Shown here: piece by piece, positions 59,163 through 64,000 of the stretch
Numbering within the stretch: the first letter of the stretch is position 1
How the letters are laid out: every line of letters starts with the position of its first letter
Sequence record: DRR723986_1318
Length of the DNA: 64,000 nt
Strand: one strand, 5' to 3'
Translations under genes and position numbers: made by a program
The notes under the pieces: generated by a model
The model's input: only the letters and a program-made list of their open reading frames with translations
Database searches by the model: none
What the model was told of the DNA's origin: nothing

Positions 59163-60284
59163 TCAGTCCGCCGTAAGATTGTTGATGTACTCGAGGGCTT
59201 CCACGTATTCATTGAGTAGACGCATAATCAAATTCCGAGACGACTCAACATGGGTGACCTGGCCGATAACCTGTCCCGCCGGATTGAATGCCACCTTCTG
59301 GCAATCGCCTTTGTCGGCATATTGATTTGTACGGATCATGGCGTTGTAAGACACCAGGCCCTGCAGTGGCATAGGCAGTGGGTCCGGCGTATCGGACGAG
59401 CCCCATGCTTCGGTCCAGTCGTTCTTGATCATGCGGCAGGGTTTTCCCGTCCACGATTTAGAGCGCACGGTATCCTCGGAGCTCGCATCAAAATAGGATT
59501 GCTTTTGCGCAGGCTGGGCATGGGCCTCTTCAACGGCCAGCCATAGCGAGCCTGTCCACACGCCCTGAACGCCGGTTGCCATCGCGGAGAGCATTTGTCG
59601 GCCATTGCCGATACCGCCGGCAGCCAGCACTGGAACATCTCCCGCTGCGTCCACGGCCTGTGGCCAAAAGACGATCGAACCGACATCGCCGGTATGTCCA
59701 CCGCCTTCACCGCCCTGTGCAACAATAAAGTCCAGGCCGGCATCGCGATGGGCCTCTACTTGTTTAATGCGGCCGCACAGTGCGCCGACAAGGCGACCGC
59801 TGTCCTGAATGCGTTTAACCAGGTCTGCTGGTGGGGTGCCAAGAGCGTTTGCTACCAGGCGACAGTTTGGGCGATGTAGCGCCTGCTCAACCAACTGTGA
59901 ACCAATGGCCTCATTCCAGCTTAGCAGCCTCGCTTCTTGCTTCTCTGGCAGCTCGGGTACGCCGTGCTCGGCTAGCACCTTGTCGGCAAACTCGTAGTGT
60001 TCCTGGGGCACCATGGCTCGCAGTTGCTGTTCGAGCTTTTCCGGGTCCATTTCGCCTTGGCCTTCATACTTGGCCGGAATAACAATATCGAGACCGTAAG
60101 GTTTGTCGCCGATATGTTCATCAATCCAGTCAAGTTCAATTTTTAACATCTCGGGGGAGAGGCCGACTGCGCCAAATACACCAATGCCGCCAGCTTTGGA
60201 GACTTCTACTACCACATCCCGGCAGTGAGTGAAGGCAAAGATCGGCAGGTCTATCCCCAGCTTTTTACATAGTTCGGTTTGCAC
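59163..60284 (-). CDS. Nitronate monooxygenase/FabK-like FMN enzyme (Rv1894c/Rv1533-like)
   Basis: PIFAFTHCRDVV, AQGGEGGGH, LAAGGIG, GVWTGS. Confidence 0.88.
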   Translation of the reverse strand: MQTELCKKLGIDLPIFAFTHCRDVVVEVSKAGGIGVFGAVGLSPEMLKIELDWIDEHIGDKPYGLDIVIPAKYEGQGEMDPEKLEQQLRAMVPQEHYEFADKVLAEHGVPELPEKQEARLLSWNEAIGSQLVEQALHRPNCRLVANALGTPPADLVKRIQDSGRLVGALCGRIKQVEAHRDAGLDFIVAQGGEGGGHTGDVGSIVFWPQAVDAAGDVPVLAAGGIGNGRQMLSAMATGVQGVWTGSLWLAVEEAHAQPAQKQSYFDASSEDTVRSKSWTGKPCRMIKNDWTEAWGSSDTPDPLPMPLQGLVSYNAMIRTNQYADKGDCQKVAFNPAGQVIGQVTHVESSRNLIMRLLNEYVEALEYINNLTAD

Positions 60285-60482
60285 AATATGGTCCTCTGAA
60301 TCGATTTTCGCAGGCTATGTTAGAGCGCTGTATCTCCCATCCACAGGGCATTTTCCGCCAACTTGGCTAGACGTTTGCGGGTGGAGTGAAATGTTAGGAA
60401 CTATTGAGAGGTTATTACATGTTCAGTGCTGGCACGGTTGACTAAGCTGGAATTCGAACATTTACGAGGTGGGGAGTTGGCA

Positions 60483-61568
60483 ATGCGAGCAGTCGTCTGT
60501 AGAGGAATAGAAGAGATCGCTGTAGAAGAGGTAACCCTGGACCCTCCCAAAGCGGGGGAGGTAAAGGTGCGTATGGTGGCGACGGGCGTGTGTCATTCCG
60601 ATCTCTCGATAATCAATGGCGGATTCCCGGTTGCGATGCCCATTGTCCTCGGTCACGAGGGTGCCGGCGTGGTGGAAGAAGTGGGCGAAGGCGTTACGCA
60701 TCTGCAAGCCGGTGATCACGTTGTCATGTCCTTTGTGCCTGCTTGCGGTGAATGCAGCCATTGCCACAATCATCGACCATCGTTGTGTGACACCGGATTG
60801 CGCATGGGCAAAATGCTCGACGGCACCACCCGCGTGCACGCTGGCGACGAGGATATCGATGTTATGCAGTATCTCGGTTGCATGGCGGAGTATGCCGTTA
60901 TTCCTCAGGCAAGTGCAATTAAGATCGATAAGTCTATCCCGCTGGATAAAGCCGCTTTGGTCGGTTGTGGGGTAATGACCGGTGTTGGCGCCGCGATTAA
61001 TACCGCGAAGATTGTGCCGGGTTCGAGTGTTGCTGTGTTCGGCTGTGGCGGTGTTGGTCTGTCCGTGATTCAGGGAGCACGTCTCGCTGGCGCAGAAAAA
61101 ATCATCGCGGTGGATCTCTCAGAGAGCAAACTCGAAATGGCGAAAAAGTTCGGCGCGACTCACGGTGTCTGCAGTGCCAGCGACGACCCCGTGGCCACCA
61201 TTCAAGCGCTAACAGGCGGTGGTGCCGATTATGCTTTCGAAGCTGTCGGTATCGCCAAATTGATGGAGCAAGCGAATGCCTGTGTAAGACGCGGTGGTAT
61301 GGCCGTTATTGTTGGTGTTGGATCGCTGACTGAGAATGTCTCACTAAATGCACTAATGCTTTCCATGGGCGCAAAAACGCTGAAGGGCTGCTTTTACGGT
61401 GATGCCAACCCTCCTGTCGATTTCCCCCGGCTGATCAATTTATACACCGCTGGCAAGCTGAATCTAGACGACATGGTGACCAAGCGGTACACCATCGATG
61501 AAGCGCCTCAGGCTTTCGAAGATATGAAAAGTGGGGTAAATGCGCGCGGCGTGATTACCTTTCAATAA
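60483..61568 (+). CDS. Zn-dependent alcohol dehydrogenase
   Basis: Start reassigned to MRAVV; GVCHSD, GHEGAG, CGECSHC, GCGGVG. Confidence 0.95.
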   Translation: MRAVVCRGIEEIAVEEVTLDPPKAGEVKVRMVATGVCHSDLSIINGGFPVAMPIVLGHEGAGVVEEVGEGVTHLQAGDHVVMSFVPACGECSHCHNHRPSLCDTGLRMGKMLDGTTRVHAGDEDIDVMQYLGCMAEYAVIPQASAIKIDKSIPLDKAALVGCGVMTGVGAAINTAKIVPGSSVAVFGCGGVGLSVIQGARLAGAEKIIAVDLSESKLEMAKKFGATHGVCSASDDPVATIQALTGGGADYAFEAVGIAKLMEQANACVRRGGMAVIVGVGSLTENVSLNALMLSMGAKTLKGCFYGDANPPVDFPRLINLYTAGKLNLDDMVTKRYTIDEAPQAFEDMKSGVNARGVITFQ

Positions 61569-61611
61569 AAAAAATTAAGAAATATAAAAATACGACAGTG
61601 AGAGAAAGATT

Positions 61612-64000
61612 ATGAACCTTTGCATGCGAATCGGACAGGCTGGCCGCATATTGATGGGAACCGGAATGGCCATGATAGCGGGCGACACTTTGGCGCAGGC
61701 TGGCGCCTTAGAAGAGGTGATAGTGACAGCGCGTCACCGCTCGGAAAATATGCAGGAAACGCCCATTGCAGTGAGTGCAGTAAGCGCCGAAAGCATGCGT
61801 GAGCAGGGCATCAAAAATACCAAAGACCTGACCCGCAGTATTCCTAGCTTGCAAATAGGAAAGGCGGGCTCGGTACAAATATACATTCGCGGTATCGGCG
61901 AGCGAACGGGGTTTTCCCGTGTTGATCCAAGTGTCGGGGTGTATTTGGATGGCGTTTATATCCCACGGGTAGACGGCCAGCTGTTCGATGCCGTCGAGCT
62001 GGGCGGCATTCAGGTATTGCGCGGACCCCAGGGTACGCTATTTGGTAAGAACACCACCGGCGGAGCGATGTTGTTGACGCTCGCCAAGCCCAGTGACGAA
62101 GATGAAACCATTGTTGAACTTGGTGCGGCCTCCCACCGGCGCGTGCAAGGCAAGGTGGTCAATGGCTTTACCTTGTCGGAAAACCTTCACGCCCGCCTAG
62201 CCTTGTCGGCCATTACCGACGATGGCTACCTGAAAGATGTTAACGGCCAGAAGTTTTCCACGAATAATCGTCAGTCGCTTATTGGCCAGCTTCGCTGGAC
62301 ACCGGCTGATAATCTTCTGAACGACACTTTCTTGTACTTCGGCAATATCAATGAAACCCGGCCTGGCCGGCACTGTAATTTGTCTGATGATAACGGCCTC
62401 TTTATTCGCGGCCTGTATGTCATGTTCCCCGGCGACACAGACCCAAGTAACCCCACCGCCTGGAATGAAAATTGTTTGGAAAATTCGATTGACCGTTTGG
62501 GGCGCGACACGGTGTCGCTGGGTGATGCGCCCAATGAATATCGCTTCCGTTCTGTGATGCTCGGGAACACTCTGGAGTTAGAGCTCGACTCTGGAGATGT
62601 GCTCAAGTTTATTCTCGGTAGCCAATACTCGGTAGAGGAGCCTCACCAGGTCAGTGATTCCGACGCGGGGCCAGCGGAGTTCCTTGAAGCATTCACTATT
62701 GATGATAGTGAGCGTTACGTAAACAGCCTCGAGTTACAGCTAACAGGCACCATGTTTGACGAGCGCATGAGTTACTCGACTGGGCTTTACGCGATGGTCG
62801 AGTCTCTCAACGACAGCTTTGTTAATTTCACTAGCCTGGTTGGCCTTGATCTCCAAACACTCGGCGCAATGGGGCTGGGGCAGCGTCCATCACAGCCCAC
62901 GCCTATGGGAACGGTGCCCGTTGTCGGTGTGCTGGCGGGCCCGCTTGCTGAGTCTGTCTTTGAATTAGATAACCAGACCTATGGCGCTTATTTTCAAGGT
63001 GTTTTTGATGTAACAGAGAACATCCAGTGGACATTTGGTGGCCGCTATACCGTTGAAACCCGCTCTACTGACCAGGTATTCACCGGCTCAGACATAGATG
63101 CCATCAGTGCGCGTATTGCGCTTTCACCGCAATTTGGCCCAGCCGTTGCGCCGGGCTTCCATCCGTTTTTGGGGTCGTGGGCGCAAGATCCTGTCAGCAT
63201 CGCCGCGTCATTGTTCACTGATGAGGACGGCGATGGAATCATCGACTTCCCAATGGATCGGGACAATGCCGTAGTGCAAAAAGAGAAAGTCACCTTCCGG
63301 GAGTTCTCGCCGATGACGTCACTGTCCTATGTGTTCGACGGAGAATGGATGGAAGATTCTGTCGTCGACTCTCTGATGGCATACGCGACATGGAGTAACG
63401 GATTTAAGTCGGGCTTCTTCGAGCCTAAAGGCGCCGACGGCTTGAAATTTATCGAGCCAGAGGAAGTGGAGAATATTGAGTTGGGTATTAAGTCTGACTG
63501 GTTTGGTCGCCGCTTGCGCAGCAACTTGTCTATTTACAATATGGATTACAAGCAGATTCAGTTGCTGCAGATTTCCACCGATAGAAATAACAACCTTCAA
63601 GTCACCATGGACAATGCCGGTGCGGCGACGATCAAAGGCGTGGAGCTGGAGATGACCTGGCTGCCGACACCGCGACTGATGATGCAGTTTAGCTACAGTC
63701 GTAATGACTATAGCTACGACGAGTTCACCGACCTTGAATTAATTCCCCTGGCAATTAATGGCACCAGGGTGCCTGTCGACCGCTCCGACGAAAGTTTTGC
63801 AATTGTGCCCGAGCAGACGGCGTACCTCGGTGTTCAGTACGAGTTCAAGACGGACTACGGCCGCATCGTGCCGAGGGTTGATGTTAGCTACAAAGATAAA
63901 ATTTATTACGGCATAGACCGTAAGTCCTGGGAGGCCTACAAGCGTGACGAGAGTCGCGGAGGCGTCCCATCTAGTACCGTAGCCAATGCCATGGTTACTT
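61612..64000 (+). CDS. TonB-dependent receptor, 3' end outside window (absent from the ORF track)
   Basis: Read by hand: MNLCMRIG...LEEVIVTARHRSENMQETPIAVSA; QVLRGPQGTLFGKNTTGG; AYATWSNGFKSG; frame appears open to window end. Confidence 0.93.
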   Translation, partial: MNLCMRIGQAGRILMGTGMAMIAGDTLAQAGALEEVIVTARHRSENMQETPIAVSAVSAESMREQGIKNTKDLTRSIPSLQIGKAGSVQIYIRGIGERTGFSRVDPSVGVYLDGVYIPRVDGQLFDAVELGGIQVLRGPQGTLFGKNTTGGAMLLTLAKPSDEDETIVELGAASHRRVQGKVVNGFTLSENLHARLALSAITDDGYLKDVNGQKFSTNNRQSLIGQLRWTPADNLLNDTFLYFGNINETRPGRHCNLSDDNGLFIRGLYVMFPGDTDPSNPTAWNENCLENSIDRLGRDTVSLGDAPNEYRFRSVMLGNTLELELDSGDVLKFILGSQYSVEEPHQVSDSDAGPAEFLEAFTIDDSERYVNSLELQLTGTMFDERMSYSTGLYAMVESLNDSFVNFTSLVGLDLQTLGAMGLGQRPSQPTPMGTVPVVGVLAGPLAESVFELDNQTYGAYFQGVFDVTENIQWTFGGRYTVETRSTDQVFTGSDIDAISARIALSPQFGPAVAPGFHPFLGSWAQDPVSIAASLFTDEDGDGIIDFPMDRDNAVVQKEKVTFREFSPMTSLSYVFDGEWMEDSVVDSLMAYATWSNGFKSGFFEPKGADGLKFIEPEEVENIELGIKSDWFGRRLRSNLSIYNMDYKQIQLLQISTDRNNNLQVTMDNAGAATIKGVELEMTWLPTPRLMMQFSYSRNDYSYDEFTDLELIPLAINGTRVPVDRSDESFAIVPEQTAYLGVQYEFKTDYGRIVPRVDVSYKDKIYYGIDRKSWEAYKRDESRGGVPSSTVANAMVT

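Noticed and set aside
60430-60447. Sigma54 promoter before the ADH (TGGCACG)
   Set aside because: No GC at the -12 position
14559-60482. Long N-terminal extensions in the ORF track (TauE, FMO, MetY, ImpA, FusA, PhaC-like, Ltp3, EchA19, ADH)
   Set aside because: They come from upstream in-frame alternative starts; downstream starts fit RBS, gene coupling and family N-termini better
39216-64000. Recently acquired genomic island carrying the sterol-type cluster
   Set aside because: No integrase, transposase, tRNA or flanking repeat, and no obvious compositional break by eye; any transfer would be old
1-64000. CRISPR arrays, tRNA/rRNA genes, IS elements, prophage or defence systems
   Set aside because: No spaced repeats, tRNA T-arm/cloverleaf signatures or transposase, integrase or nuclease motifs found; almost all sequence is accounted for by metabolic CDSs

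Overview
A gene-dense chromosomal window from a Gram-negative bacterium. The TonB-dependent receptors, lipoproteins, wecE/wecF and the type of EF-G suggest a marine gammaproteobacterium, possibly Cellvibrionales/Spongiibacteraceae-like (inference only). In order, it holds: the end of a dTDP-sugar/surface polysaccharide cluster (rfbA, wecF-like, N-formyltransferase, wecE); SulP-USP; an aldehyde dehydrogenase and PQQ quinohaemoprotein ADH; a cytochrome c peroxidase with an OxyR-like box; an AraC-linked FMO/BASS/SDR/TauE/TBDR operon; two stand-alone BLUF photoreceptors; several lipid-anchored hydrolases (ImpA-like protease, ceramidase, esterase); a cupin-P450 pair; a stand-alone fusA; and an orphan PhaC-like gene. 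The main result is a ~24 kb cluster from 39.6 kb to the window end whose core resembles the actinobacterial C24-branched sterol side-chain locus: split Rv3521-like DUF35 pair, ltp4, ltp3, echA19, Rv3520c-like F420-type LLM, P450, racemase and ACAD pair. It also carries an Rv3168/Rv3169-like kinase pair and a TonB receptor. No tRNA, rRNA, CRISPR array or mobile element was seen. All homology calls come from motif reading and recalled family sequences, not from database searches.
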